Shown here piece by piece: positions 33,602 to 43,117 of a stretch of DNA of 57,238 nucleotides; positions within the stretch are counted from its first letter, which is position 1, and each line of letters begins with the position of its first letter. The stretch spans positions 1-57,238 of the forward strand of contig JAGGSH010000035.1 in the NCBI GenBank assembly GCA_021159185.1, written 5' to 3'. The notes beneath the pieces are model-generated. The model did not search any database, was not told the origin of the DNA, and saw only the letters and a list, made by a program, of their open reading frames with translations. The position numbers and the translations under genes are program-made. Source of the DNA: a bacterium (GTDB taxonomy: Bacteria; Patescibacteriota; Minisyncoccia; Moranbacterales; UBA9337).

Positions 33602-36031
33602 CTATGCTTGCCATTTATCCCTCTGTTCCTGATCCTTTATCGGATCTTCGTAGTCCGGATCTGAATTATTAGATGTTTTGCCTATGAGAACTTTTCTTGG
33701 CTTTGACCCATCCGCCGGACTCACTGTCCCATTTTCTTCTAAAGCATCTATAATGCGCGCCGCGCGGGCGTATCCAATCCTAAACCTTCTTTGAAGAAAA
33801 GAGGATGAAGCTTTCCCAGCTTTAATAATTTCATTCTTAGCCTCTTCATAAAGAATGTCTTCTTGTCCCGATTCACCAAGAGGCGCTGAATCAAAATCAA
33901 CTTTCTGTTGAAAAGATTCATCGCCGCTTTTTCCCATGCCCTGATTGTTTTCTTCTGACACGGAATTAAAACCACTATCTGTGGATTCTCTTTTGCTGTT
34001 TTGTTTTTTAATGAATTTCACCACTTTTTTAGCTTCAGCTTCAGACACATAAACGCCCTGGAGCCTTTTAGCTTTAGCCGAATCGGCGGATAAGAAAAGC
34101 ATATCGCCGTTGCCCAGCAATTTTTCCGCGCCAGCCATACCCAAAATTGTCCGCGAATCTATCTGAGTGGCTACTTGGAAAGCGATTCGCGTGGTGATAT
34201 TAGCTTTTATAAGCCCGGTTAAAACTTCCACGCTGGGACGCTGAGTGGAAACAATTAGATGAATGCCCACCGCCCGCGCCATTTGCGCCAATCTGATTAT
34301 AGCGCCTTCTACTTCTTTTCCATGAGAAGCCATCAAATCGGCCAATTCGTCAATAATAATTACAACAAAAGGAAGTTTTTTAAGATCTTCCTCTTTTTCT
34401 TCTCCCGTTTCCGGATCAACATACTTCCTTTTCTTTCCATTGTCCGTTTTCTGATTATAAGAAGCTAAGTCTCTAGAACCGATTTCCTGGAATAAGCGAT
34501 ATCTCGCTTCCATTTCTCTTACGGCCCATTTCAAAGAATTAATCACCTGCCCGTTTTCCACTACTACATTATCGGAAGCGAGATGGGGTATTCCATTATA
34601 AAGAGAAAGCTCCACTCTTTTAGGATCAATTAGAAGCAGTCTTAAATCTTCGGGAGAGTTTTGATAAAGCAAAGAAATAATAATGGAATTGATGCAAACG
34701 CTTTTTCCCGCGCCGGTCGCCCCCGCGATCATAAGATGCGGCATTTTTTCTAAATTTCCCAATATATAGTTTCCGCTCACATCTTTTCCCAACGCTAATG
34801 TCAGTTTGGATTTATGCTCTTTAAACAAATTACTTCCCAATATATTTCCCAACCGCACTGTAGCCGTTGATTTATTAGGAACCTCTATTCCGATCAGCGC
34901 TTTCCCCGGAATGGGAGCTTCTATTCTGATAGAAGGAGCCGCTAAAGCCAGCGCCAGATTATTGCTTAGAGAAGTAATTCTGTCCAGCTTTACACCAACC
35001 GCCGGGCGAAAACTGTATTGAGTGATCGTTGGACCTGTTTTAGTTTCTGCCGGTTCCACTTCAATTCCGAAGTGCTTAAAAGTATCCTGGATAATTTTAG
35101 CGTTGTCTTCCGCGTTTAATTCTTTAACTGCTCGGCTTGATTTGCCCAAAATATTCAGCGGCGGCAATTTCCAATCGCGACTGGCGGAAGAAATGAGAAT
35201 TTCGTTTTCATCTTCATCTTTTTTTCGCTCGACTAATTTTTCGCTGTCATTTCCAATTAATTCTTTTTTATCTTCTTCCGGATTTCCCACAAATTCTATT
35301 TTTTTAATATTATTTCCTATTTTTTTTTCCTCGCTTGCGTCTTCCTTTTCTTTTTTATCTATAGCAAATTTGTCCGGTTCATCGGAAACAGAATCCTTCT
35401 CATCTTCTTTTTCAGTTTCAATATTTCCCTCGTCGGATTTTTCTTTTTCTTCCTCTCTATCTTTTTTATTGAAATCAATAATCTTATGAAAAAAATCAAT
35501 AATAGAAAAATTAAAAGTGACTATTACTCCCGCTAATAATAAAGCCGCGAGAATAATCGTTCCCGCCGCTGTTCCGGTAAATTTAATCAGCGAATAAGAA
35601 ATGCCCAGTCCGATATATCCTCCTCCCGATCCAATTTTGGCCGCGTTCAATAATTCTGCTTCGCCGAAATAAATATGGAAAAATCCCAGCGCGCTTAAAA
35701 AAACGATTATTAAGCCTGCCAGCTTAGTCACATAGAAAACAGTCTTTTTTCTGCGCAGCAGAATTGCCCCCGCGTAAGCTAAAACGAAAGGTAAAAGCCA
35801 CTTGCCCCAGCCGAAAATAATTCCTGAATATTTATCCAAGTGCTGACCTAAAATTCCCGCATATTCAAAAAATCCCAAAACAAAAAGAATAGCCGTGGCA
35901 AACAAAAAAATAGCCGCCACACTTCTTTTAGCATCGCTGCGAATATCAAATCTCACTTCTGCTTTATCTTCTCGCTCCTCCCGTTCCTCTCCGTCTCTTT
36001 TTCTTTTTTTGTATTTTCTTTTTCTAGCCAT
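33602..36031 (-). CDS. ftsK: DNA translocase FtsK/SpoIIIE
   Basis: N-terminal TM domain, acidic linker, Walker A GATGAGKSV, Walker B IIIDELADLM, gamma-domain SSFLQRRFRIGYARAARIID. Confidence 0.9.
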   Translation of the reverse strand: MARKRKYKKRKRDGEEREEREDKAEVRFDIRSDAKRSVAAIFLFATAILFVLGFFEYAGILGQHLDKYSGIIFGWGKWLLPFVLAYAGAILLRRKKTVFYVTKLAGLIIVFLSALGFFHIYFGEAELLNAAKIGSGGGYIGLGISYSLIKFTGTAAGTIILAALLLAGVIVTFNFSIIDFFHKIIDFNKKDREEEKEKSDEGNIETEKEDEKDSVSDEPDKFAIDKKEKEDASEEKKIGNNIKKIEFVGNPEEDKKELIGNDSEKLVERKKDEDENEILISSASRDWKLPPLNILGKSSRAVKELNAEDNAKIIQDTFKHFGIEVEPAETKTGPTITQYSFRPAVGVKLDRITSLSNNLALALAAPSIRIEAPIPGKALIGIEVPNKSTATVRLGNILGSNLFKEHKSKLTLALGKDVSGNYILGNLEKMPHLMIAGATGAGKSVCINSIIISLLYQNSPEDLRLLLIDPKRVELSLYNGIPHLASDNVVVENGQVINSLKWAVREMEARYRLFQEIGSRDLASYNQKTDNGKKRKYVDPETGEEKEEDLKKLPFVVIIIDELADLMASHGKEVEGAIIRLAQMARAVGIHLIVSTQRPSVEVLTGLIKANITTRIAFQVATQIDSRTILGMAGAEKLLGNGDMLFLSADSAKAKRLQGVYVSEAEAKKVVKFIKKQNSKRESTDSGFNSVSEENNQGMGKSGDESFQQKVDFDSAPLGESGQEDILYEEAKNEIIKAGKASSSFLQRRFRIGYARAARIIDALEENGTVSPADGSKPRKVLIGKTSNNSDPDYEDPIKDQEQRDKWQA

Positions 36032-36228
36032 AAGGCTATTCTAGCATATAATTTATTTTTTGTTTAGTAAACACTTCCTGCCTTATTTAAAATGACTTGC
36101 GCTTCAAAAAGAAAGCTGATAGTCTTATTCTAATCACGAAACAAAGGAGGGACTAAGCCAAAACGGTTTAGTCGTTTTTGTAGCCAGCTCTTTGAAAATT
36201 TAATATTAATGAAAGGAGAAAAATACCG

Positions 36229-37161
36229 ATGATTACATTTCCTAACGAATTATCCATATCATCTATTATGATCTCAACAGCGCTGGGCCATTCTGGAAGA
36301 GGATTTTTTCCATATCTTTTATTTCCTAATTATAGGAGATTAGTGTCAACAATAAAACAAGAAAAGATTTCAGTGGCGGCAAAGTCTTCCACGCATTTTC
36401 CTCGCATTGGCAATTTTGTTATGAAAGATCCGCGAATATGGAAATATGTTCAAAGATTGCCCAATACAGGAATGCTCAACGCGTACGGACTTACCAACGA
36501 TGGCGTTGAAAAATGCGCGGAACAAATTGCTATTTCCCAGAAAAAAGGCTTTAATGTTATTCCGAATTTTTATCCGGAATTTGATAAAGGCGAAGAAACA
36601 GCAATCAAAGAAACACTTGAAGCTATAGAAACATTCTACTTTTATTTCGGAACGGAAAAATGGATTCAGGAATTAAATGTTTCCTGTCCGAATTCTGAAG
36701 AAGTAATCGCGAAAAATATTCAGATGGTTTCAAGGTGTGTCACAAAAATTAAAAAGTCATATCCGAATATTGTGATTATTGTCAAGACAAGCATTGTTCA
36801 TCCTTATCACTTTTATACAATGCTTGAAGATGCCGGCGCTGATTGTATTCACGCGGTTAATACTATTCCGTATGAAATGGTATTTAATTCAATATCGCCA
36901 CTTAAACATGTTGGCGGTGGCGGAGTTTCAGGCGGATCGGCTTTTCAAAAGACGTTTCCGTATGTTAGAGAGATCCCTAAATACACATCACTTCCATTAA
37001 TTTTCGGATGTGGAGTTGTTAACCAATATAATATGGAAATGTGCTTTGAAATTGGCAAGCGGTTTGCAAGGCCAGTGAGCGTAAGTATTTGCACGCTAGC
37101 GGCGCGCACTCCAAAACAAGCGCGGAAACTGATTTACAGAAGTTTGGAAAAGAGAGGCTGA
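36229..37161 (+). CDS. Dihydroorotate dehydrogenase-family TIM-barrel protein (divergent)
   Basis: LNAYGLTNDG, ELNVSCPNS, VKTS, AVNTI, GGGVSGG, IFGCGV are the characteristic DHODH-family motifs; AAGGAG SD 10 nt upstream. Confidence 0.65.
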   Translation: MITFPNELSISSIMISTALGHSGRGFFPYLLFPNYRRLVSTIKQEKISVAAKSSTHFPRIGNFVMKDPRIWKYVQRLPNTGMLNAYGLTNDGVEKCAEQIAISQKKGFNVIPNFYPEFDKGEETAIKETLEAIETFYFYFGTEKWIQELNVSCPNSEEVIAKNIQMVSRCVTKIKKSYPNIVIIVKTSIVHPYHFYTMLEDAGADCIHAVNTIPYEMVFNSISPLKHVGGGGVSGGSAFQKTFPYVREIPKYTSLPLIFGCGVVNQYNMEMCFEIGKRFARPVSVSICTLAARTPKQARKLIYRSLEKRG

Positions 37162-37180
37162 TTAGCCAAAAGGAGAGCCT

Positions 37181-37345
37181 ATGAAAGCAAAAAAGTGGCG
37201 AAAAAAGCAGGCAGGGAATAAGGGAAATAGCACGAAGAATAAAAGGAAAAAATGCGGTACAATTCCCGGAAGCCTAGTCTGCAACAAGCAGGCAAAAAAC
37301 AAGGGCAGGTATTGCCCGGGATGTAAAGACAATAAATTTCGATAA
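37181..37345 (+). CDS. 54-aa Lys-rich four-Cys (zinc-ribbon-like) micro-protein, hypothetical
   Basis: MKAKKWRKKQAGNKGNSTKNKRKKCGTIPGSLVCNKQAKNKGRYCPGCKDNKFR; AAGGAG 5 nt upstream of the ATG; below the ORF-track size cut-off. Confidence 0.5.
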   Translation: MKAKKWRKKQAGNKGNSTKNKRKKCGTIPGSLVCNKQAKNKGRYCPGCKDNKFR

Positions 37346-37365
37346 AAGAAAAAAGGAGAAAAATC

Positions 37366-38082
37366 ATGAAAAGAATCATTGAAGCAAAAAGAAGTGTTAT
37401 TGTAGCGGCCGATGTACCTGGCTTAGGTGCTTTAAAAAAATTGGTTAGTGAAGTCAAGGGTGTGCCAGGTATTGGTGGCTTTAAAATAGGTTTTCGACTA
37501 GCTTTTAAAGATGTTATGACTGCGGTCCATACTATACAGAGTACATATAGTCCTAACGCGGTGATTATCTATGACCACCAAAAGGCAGGTAACGACATTC
37601 CTGCAATGGGCAAAGGTTTCGCAAACGATCTTAAGGAAGCAGGTGTAAGCGCCGCTATTCTATTTCCGTTTGCCGGTCCCGAAACTCAAACAGCATGGAC
37701 AAATGCCTGCCTTGAAGCTGGATTGCAAGTACTTACAGGCGGAATAATGACACATCCTAAGTTTTTGGTCAGTGAGGGTGGCTATATTGCCGATGAAGCG
37801 CCGGAAAGAATTTTTCGTTTGGCCTGCGAACTAGGCGTGCATCATTTTATCGTACCGGGTAATAAACTTGGCTGGGTTAGAAAATTGCGTAATCTTCTCA
37901 TTGAGACACTTGGCGAAGATAATTACACTTTGTCTGCACCTGGGTTTATCACTCAAGAAGGTAATATTTCGGAATGTGGAATTGTGGCCGGCGATGAATG
38001 GCACGCCATTGTAGGATCAGCAATTTATAATGCCGTAAACATACGAGAAGCCACTATAGCGGTGACTCGACAAATCATTTAA
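37366..38082 (+). CDS. Orotidine-5'-phosphate decarboxylase-family protein (divergent)
   Basis: VIVAADVP N-terminal strand, IYDHQKAGNDIPAMG in place of the D-x-K-x-x-D-I-P signature, C-terminal VGSAIY; AAGGAG SD 7 nt upstream. Confidence 0.65.
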   Translation: MKRIIEAKRSVIVAADVPGLGALKKLVSEVKGVPGIGGFKIGFRLAFKDVMTAVHTIQSTYSPNAVIIYDHQKAGNDIPAMGKGFANDLKEAGVSAAILFPFAGPETQTAWTNACLEAGLQVLTGGIMTHPKFLVSEGGYIADEAPERIFRLACELGVHHFIVPGNKLGWVRKLRNLLIETLGEDNYTLSAPGFITQEGNISECGIVAGDEWHAIVGSAIYNAVNIREATIAVTRQII

Positions 38083-38181
38083 TTGATTTGAATGAGGCGT
38101 AAGATGAAAAATATGGCAAGGCTGGTTCGCCAAGATATTGAGCGAGCCGAAACAGAACTGAAATATCATAAACACTAGGAG

Positions 38182-38865
38182 GTGTATAATGGAAAAGTTT
38201 ATACTGATGTTGCTGATAGGATATTTAAAAGAGGGGCATTTGAATTTGGAGCTTTTTCTCTGAAGCTTCACGAGATAAATCCAGACGCGCCTTTGCCTCC
38301 TTTCTATCTTAATTTGAGAGATAGGAACAATCCAAAACCCGGATCACTTGTTGATAGCGACTATATTTCCATCGCCAGATGTATTTTTAGGACGATAAGT
38401 GAAAAGGGTGGCAATATAGTGTTTGACGCAATAGCTCCTATCCTGCGTGCCGGAGATCCAATCGTCAAGGCTATGATGCGAATTGAGGAAATGACTGACA
38501 TTAATCAGGGCGATTATCGTATTATAATGCTTGCCAAGGAGGAACATAATGACAAGAGAAAAATAGTGCCTCTTCCCGGGTTTAAATATAAATCAGGAGA
38601 GAGAGTCCTTCTTGCTGATGATCTCGTAACAAGAGCGGATACAAAATTTGAAGCTATCAGGGCAATTGAATCAGAGGGTTCCGTGATAGTTGGTCTAGTA
38701 GTTCTGGTTGATCGCCAACAAGGAGGCCGAGAACAACTCAAAAAAGCAGGATATGACCTGATTTCCTGTTTTACTATTGGAGAGTTGTTTGATTACTACA
38801 GAGCTACGGGCAAAATCAACGAGGATAAATATCAAGAATGTATTGATTATATTAGAGATAATTAA
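38182..38865 (+). CDS. Orotate phosphoribosyltransferase-like type I PRTase (divergent), GTG start
   Basis: N-terminal RGAFEFGAFSLKLH...PFYLNLR (PyrE-like) and PRPP loop VLLADDLVTRADTK. The start is uncertain: the GTG abuts AGGAG with no spacer, 3 nt after the stop of an in-frame 28-codon ORF (38092-38178). Confidence 0.6.
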   Translation: MYNGKVYTDVADRIFKRGAFEFGAFSLKLHEINPDAPLPPFYLNLRDRNNPKPGSLVDSDYISIARCIFRTISEKGGNIVFDAIAPILRAGDPIVKAMMRIEEMTDINQGDYRIIMLAKEEHNDKRKIVPLPGFKYKSGERVLLADDLVTRADTKFEAIRAIESEGSVIVGLVVLVDRQQGGREQLKKAGYDLISCFTIGELFDYYRATGKINEDKYQECIDYIRDN

Positions 38866-38901
38866 TTAACACTTCTTGTGCCTCTTGAAAAAAATTATAA
38901 A

Positions 38902-38939
38902 GGGGAATAGCACAAACAAGCTATCCCCCTTTTTCTTTT
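38902..38939 (+). terminator. Rho-independent terminator of the pyr-like cluster
   Basis: GGGGAATAGC-ACAAACAA-GCTATCCCC, then CTTTTTCTTTT; a second hairpin plus T-run lies at 38952-38990. Confidence 0.65.
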
Positions 38940-39056
38940 GTAATAAACAATAAGCCGAAAGTCCAAATGGACGAGTAGGCTTTTATTTTTCGCCTTTACA
39001 TAACCCTGAATGAATGCTAACTTAAAGAAAGTAAGATAATTTGTTGTAAAAATTAT

Positions 39057-39572
39057 ATGGGCGGATTAGAAACAGTTATCCAATCTAATTTAGCTTTAAG
39101 CGTAATCGTCTTTTCTATTCTGGGAGCGATTTTGCTGGCGCTTAATGCGCTGGTTTTGATGAAGTTTAGAAAAATTAACCGAAAAAGCCGGGAATTTTTT
39201 TCCGGGAAAAAAGGAAAGGATTTAGAGAGCTTGATTTTAAAACATTCCAAAGAAATCAAGGGATTAGACAATGAAATACAGGAACTCTTTAATATATCCA
39301 ATAAAATTCACAAATTATCCCGCCAAGGTTTGCATAAAGTAGGTGTGATTAGATTTAATCCTTTTAAAGATGTGGGCGGCAACCAAAGTTTCGCCATCGC
39401 TTTACTGGACGGAAAAAATTCCGGGCTGGTTATTTCTTCCCTTTATACCCGTGCTGGAACTAGAATTTACGCTAAGCCAATTGCTTACGGCGATTCCAAA
39501 AAACACGTTCTCACCGAAGAAGAAAAACAAGCTATCAAAATCGCCAGTCCGATGAAGAGTGGCGAAGTTTGA
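39057..39572 (+). CDS. DUF4446-family membrane-anchored protein
   Basis: N-terminal TM, coiled region, VGVIRFNPFKDVGGNQSFAIALLD...GLVISSLY core typical of DUF4446. Confidence 0.65.
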   Translation: MGGLETVIQSNLALSVIVFSILGAILLALNALVLMKFRKINRKSREFFSGKKGKDLESLILKHSKEIKGLDNEIQELFNISNKIHKLSRQGLHKVGVIRFNPFKDVGGNQSFAIALLDGKNSGLVISSLYTRAGTRIYAKPIAYGDSKKHVLTEEEKQAIKIASPMKSGEV

Positions 39573-39638
39573 GAAATTTAAAAAAATTGTGTAAGATTTC
39601 GTCGCATTGTTTGCATTTTTGTTAATTATTTTTACTTA

Positions 39639-39740
39639 TCATTCCCGCGCTTCTTTATGTCATTCCCGCGCAGGCGGGAATCCAGGATAATTATTTAAGC
39701 CAGTGATTTTACTCTAGATTCCCGTCTGCGCGGGAATGAC
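39639..39740. repeat. Family-B element (copy B2), full inverted pair
   Basis: TCATTCCCGCGC..GTCATTCCCGCGCAGGCGGGAATCCAG - 38 nt - CTAGATTCCCGTCTGCGCGGGAATGAC. Confidence 0.9.
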
Positions 39741-39776
39741 ATTGAAATTATTTCAAAGTTATAAAATCTTACAATT

Positions 39777-41567
39777 ATGGAAGACCAAAATCCAGAAACT
39801 AAAAAAACCGTGAAAATACCTTCTTTGATCACTGTAAAAAAATTCAGTGAGCTTTTGGATTTGCCTATTTCTCAAATTATTACCGAACTGATGAAAAATA
39901 AAATATTGGCCACCATTAATGAAGAAATTGATTTTGAAACCGCCAGTATTATCGCCCAGGATTTGGGGTTTGAAACAGAAGAGGATTTGGAAATCTCCGA
40001 CAGTGAAATTTTAACCCTGGAGAAACTCATTGACATCTGCAAAAAAGAAAATGAACAGGGGAAAAATCTTAAATCCCGCCCGCCTATAGTAACTATTCTA
40101 GGCCATGTTGATCACGGTAAGACCACTCTTCTGGATAATATCAGAAAATCCAGCGTGGCGGCCGGAGAAGCCGGAGGAATTACCCAAAGCATCAGCGCTT
40201 ATCAGGTTAAAAAAAATGGCCAGCTGATAACCTTTATTGACACTCCCGGGCATGAAGCTTTTTCCGCTATGCGTGAACGCGGAGTCAGCATCGCCGACAT
40301 TGCCATTCTGGTCGTAGCCGCTGATGACGGCGTGCGTCCCCAGACGGAAGAAGTTATAAACTATCTCAAAGAAAAGAAAATTCCCGTCATAGTGGCCATT
40401 AACAAAATAGACAAAGAAGGAGCTAATCCTCAAAAAGTAAAGCAAGAACTGGCCGATCGCGAAATTTTAATTGAGGAATGGGGAGGGAAAATTATCTGCA
40501 ATGAAATTAGCGCTAAGAAAAATATTGGAATTGACCAGCTTCTGGAAAGCGTTTTACTGACGGCCGAAGTGGAAAATCTGCGCGCCAATCCTAAAAGGGA
40601 CGGATTGGCAATAGTCCTGGAGTCGCGCGTTGATCCGCATAAAGGCCCGATTTCTACTGTTTTAGTAAAAACCGGAACATTAAAAACGGGACAGGACATT
40701 ACCGCTGGATCCGTCTGGGGAAGAATTAAAAGAATAGAAGATTTTACGGGCAAAAGCGTTAACAGCGCCGGTCCGTCTATGCCAGCCACTATTATCGGGC
40801 TTCATAACACTCCCAATGTTAATGATACACTTCAAGTGATGGATAAAAAAATGTCTGTTCGGCTGAAGTCAAAAATTGAAGCGGAAAAAACAATCACTGC
40901 CAAGAAAGAAGCTTCCAAGAAAAAAATTTACGAAGCTATAGATAAAGATAAGGTTAAAAAACTAGATATTGTTCTTAAGGCTGATGTTCAAGGATCATTG
41001 GAAGCCATTAAGCAAATAATTTCCAGTGTGGATTCTAAAGAAGTAATTATTGAATATATTAAAACCGGCGTGGGAAGCATTACTGAATCAGATGTAAAAA
41101 TAGCCCAAAGCTCAAACGCTGTCATCTTCGGATTTAATTCCACCGCTACTTCGGTCGCCAAAAGAATGGCCGAAGAAAGTGGCGTAAAAATAAAAACCTC
41201 TGATGTTATCTACGAGTTAGTTGAAAATATTAAAAGCGAAATGGCTGAAATGCTTCCGCCAGAAATTATCAGAACCGACTTGGGAAGGCTTAAAGTTTTG
41301 AAAATATTTAAAACCGGAAAATACGATATGATCGTGGGAGGAAAAATAACCGAAGGAAAAGCGGTCAAAAAATGCGGGATAGAAATAAAAAGAGACAAAG
41401 AAATTATTGGAAAAGGAATGCTGTCTAATTTGCAGCAAAATAAAGCTAATGCGGAAGAAGTCAAACAAGGCAGCGAATGCGGAATTACTTTTGAGGGAAA
41501 AACTAAAATAGAGGAAGGAGACACATTGATATTTTATGTAGAGGAAGAAAAAAAACGCAAGTTATAA
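39777..41567 (+). CDS. infB: Translation initiation factor IF-2 (short N-terminus)
   Basis: [26 protein letters not shown]-domain motifs. Confidence 0.95.
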   Translation: MEDQNPETKKTVKIPSLITVKKFSELLDLPISQIITELMKNKILATINEEIDFETASIIAQDLGFETEEDLEISDSEILTLEKLIDICKKENEQGKNLKSRPPIVTILGHVDHGKTTLLDNIRKSSVAAGEAGGITQSISAYQVKKNGQLITFIDTPGHEAFSAMRERGVSIADIAILVVAADDGVRPQTEEVINYLKEKKIPVIVAINKIDKEGANPQKVKQELADREILIEEWGGKIICNEISAKKNIGIDQLLESVLLTAEVENLRANPKRDGLAIVLESRVDPHKGPISTVLVKTGTLKTGQDITAGSVWGRIKRIEDFTGKSVNSAGPSMPATIIGLHNTPNVNDTLQVMDKKMSVRLKSKIEAEKTITAKKEASKKKIYEAIDKDKVKKLDIVLKADVQGSLEAIKQIISSVDSKEVIIEYIKTGVGSITESDVKIAQSSNAVIFGFNSTATSVAKRMAEESGVKIKTSDVIYELVENIKSEMAEMLPPEIIRTDLGRLKVLKIFKTGKYDMIVGGKITEGKAVKKCGIEIKRDKEIIGKGMLSNLQQNKANAEEVKQGSECGITFEGKTKIEEGDTLIFYVEEEKKRKL

Positions 41568-41696
41568 ATTACCAATTTCTAATTTCTAATTTCTAACAAA
41601 ATCCCAATTAAAAAATGGCAAATAACCAAAATTTAGCCATTGGAAATTTAGATATTGGGTATTGATTAGAAATTAGGAATTAGAAATTAGAAATTT
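41568..41696. repeat. Family-C palindromic element (copy C1)
   Basis: AATTTCTAATTTCTAATTTCTAA..AAAATCCCAAT..AATGGC..GCCATT..ATTGGGTATT..TTAGAAATTAGGAATTAGAAATTAGAAATT. Confidence 0.9.
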
Positions 41697-41703
41697 TATT
41701 CTT

Positions 41704-42033
41704 ATGCTTTTTAGAATTAATAAAATCAACAGCCTAATACAGCAGCGGCTATCTTTAATATTATCCCGTGAGTTAAATCTCAAGCCGGGAATTTTTTTAA
41801 CTGTTTCCAAAGTTGACACTACTAAAGATTTACGCTACGCTCGTATATTCGTGAGTGTTTTTCCCGAGAGCGAAGCGAACTACGCTTTTAAAACTCTTGA
41901 GAAAGAATCAGGTCGCCTTCAAAAAGAATTAGGCAAAAAGCTTAAAATTAAAATACTTCCCCGCCTCAACTTCAAAATTGACACAACTGAAGCCAAAGCA
42001 GATGAGATAGAGAAGATATTGCAAAAATTATAG
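41704..42033 (+). CDS. rbfA: Ribosome-binding factor A
   Basis: 109 aa, VSKVDTTKDLRYARIFVSVF...LPRLNFKIDT pattern; sits after infB as is common. Confidence 0.85.
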   Translation: MLFRINKINSLIQQRLSLILSRELNLKPGIFLTVSKVDTTKDLRYARIFVSVFPESEANYAFKTLEKESGRLQKELGKKLKIKILPRLNFKIDTTEAKADEIEKILQKL

Positions 42034-42035
42034 AA

Positions 42036-42156
42036 TTTCTAATTTCTAATTTCTAATAAAATCCCGATTAAAAAATGGCAAATGACCAAAATTTAGCCAT
42101 TGGAAATTTAGATATTGGGTATTGATTAGAAATTAGGAATTAGAAATTAGAAATTT
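42036..42156. repeat. Family-C palindromic element (copy C2), near-identical to C1
   Basis: Same ~120-nt sequence as C1, with a few substitutions (CCCGATT vs CCCAATT, ATGACC vs ATAACC). Confidence 0.9.
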
Positions 42157-42160
42157 TACT

Positions 42161-43117
42161 ATGCGTTTCGCTTCCGAATTCAATACTCTAAATTACATAA
42201 TAAAAGAATCCGACAAAATACTTCTAGTCCCGCACACTCGGCCGGACGGAGATGCTGTGGGATCTGTTTCGGCGTTAAAAGAATATTTACAATATCTAGG
42301 AAAGACTGCAGATATCGCCTGCTTTGATCCCCTTCCCGATTATTTTAAGAACTTAATTCCTTTTGAGTTTAAATATCCGGATCGCCTTGATCTTAAATCT
42401 TATGATGCTATTATTGCCAGTGATAGCGTGGAAAGAGGCTTTGATAAAATCAAGCCTCAACTTTCTGAAAATCAGGCTACGGTTTTGATTGACCACCATC
42501 CTGACATTACCATTCACGGAGATGTCAAAATTATTAATTCTAAATCTTCTTCCGCTTGTGAAATAATTTACGATTATTTGGAATTCAACAAAGTAAAAAT
42601 AACTAAAAATCTAGCCACCTTTTTAATGATCGGGCTTTCCAGCGACACGGGAAATTTTCAACATTCCAACACTACGGTAAGGGTAATGGAAATAGCCTCT
42701 AATTTAATAAGGAGCGGGGCTTCTCTTTCTAAAATCGTCAACGCCAGTTTCGCCGACAAAAAAATATCTACTTTGAAGCTTTGGGGAAGGGCTTTTGAAA
42801 AAGCTAAGATAAACCCAAAAAACAATATGATCCTCACAGTTATTACCCAAGAAGATATTGCCCAGTGCGGCGCTTCCATTGAAGATATTGCTCAAGTGTC
42901 CGCCATTCTTAATACTGTTCCCGGAGCTAATTTCTCGCTGGTTTTATCCCAGCGCGACGGAAAAACCATAAAAGGCAGTTTGCGCTCCGAAGAATACAAG
43001 GGCACTAATGTTTCTAACATCGCCCATCAATTTGGCGGCGGAGGGCACAAGTTCGCCAGCGGTTTTGAAATTAAAGGAAAGATTGTGGAAACGGAAAAAG
43101 GATGGAAAGTTATTTAA
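42161..43117 (+). CDS. nrnA: DHH/DHHA1 phosphoesterase (NrnA-like oligoribonuclease/pAp phosphatase)
   Basis: HTRPDGDAVGS, LIDHHP, GGGHKFASGF motifs. Confidence 0.8.
   Translation: MRFASEFNTLNYIIKESDKILLVPHTRPDGDAVGSVSALKEYLQYLGKTADIACFDPLPDYFKNLIPFEFKYPDRLDLKSYDAIIASDSVERGFDKIKPQLSENQATVLIDHHPDITIHGDVKIINSKSSSACEIIYDYLEFNKVKITKNLATFLMIGLSSDTGNFQHSNTTVRVMEIASNLIRSGASLSKIVNASFADKKISTLKLWGRAFEKAKINPKNNMILTVITQEDIAQCGASIEDIAQVSAILNTVPGANFSLVLSQRDGKTIKGSLRSEEYKGTNVSNIAHQFGGGGHKFASGFEIKGKIVETEKGWKVI

Noticed and set aside
36032-36228. Replication origin at the divergent ftsK/pyrD-like junction
   Set aside because: No cluster of DnaA-box-like 9-mers and no dnaA/dnaN nearby. The matching convergent junction only 9.7 kb away fits an inversion or insertion better.
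37179-37457. 92-aa minus-strand ORF between the pyrD-like and pyrF-like genes
   Set aside because: It is antisense to an SD-preceded 54-aa plus-strand ORF and to the pyrF-like start, has no SD, and has a hydrophobic low-complexity translation. The plus-strand reading fits the operon better.
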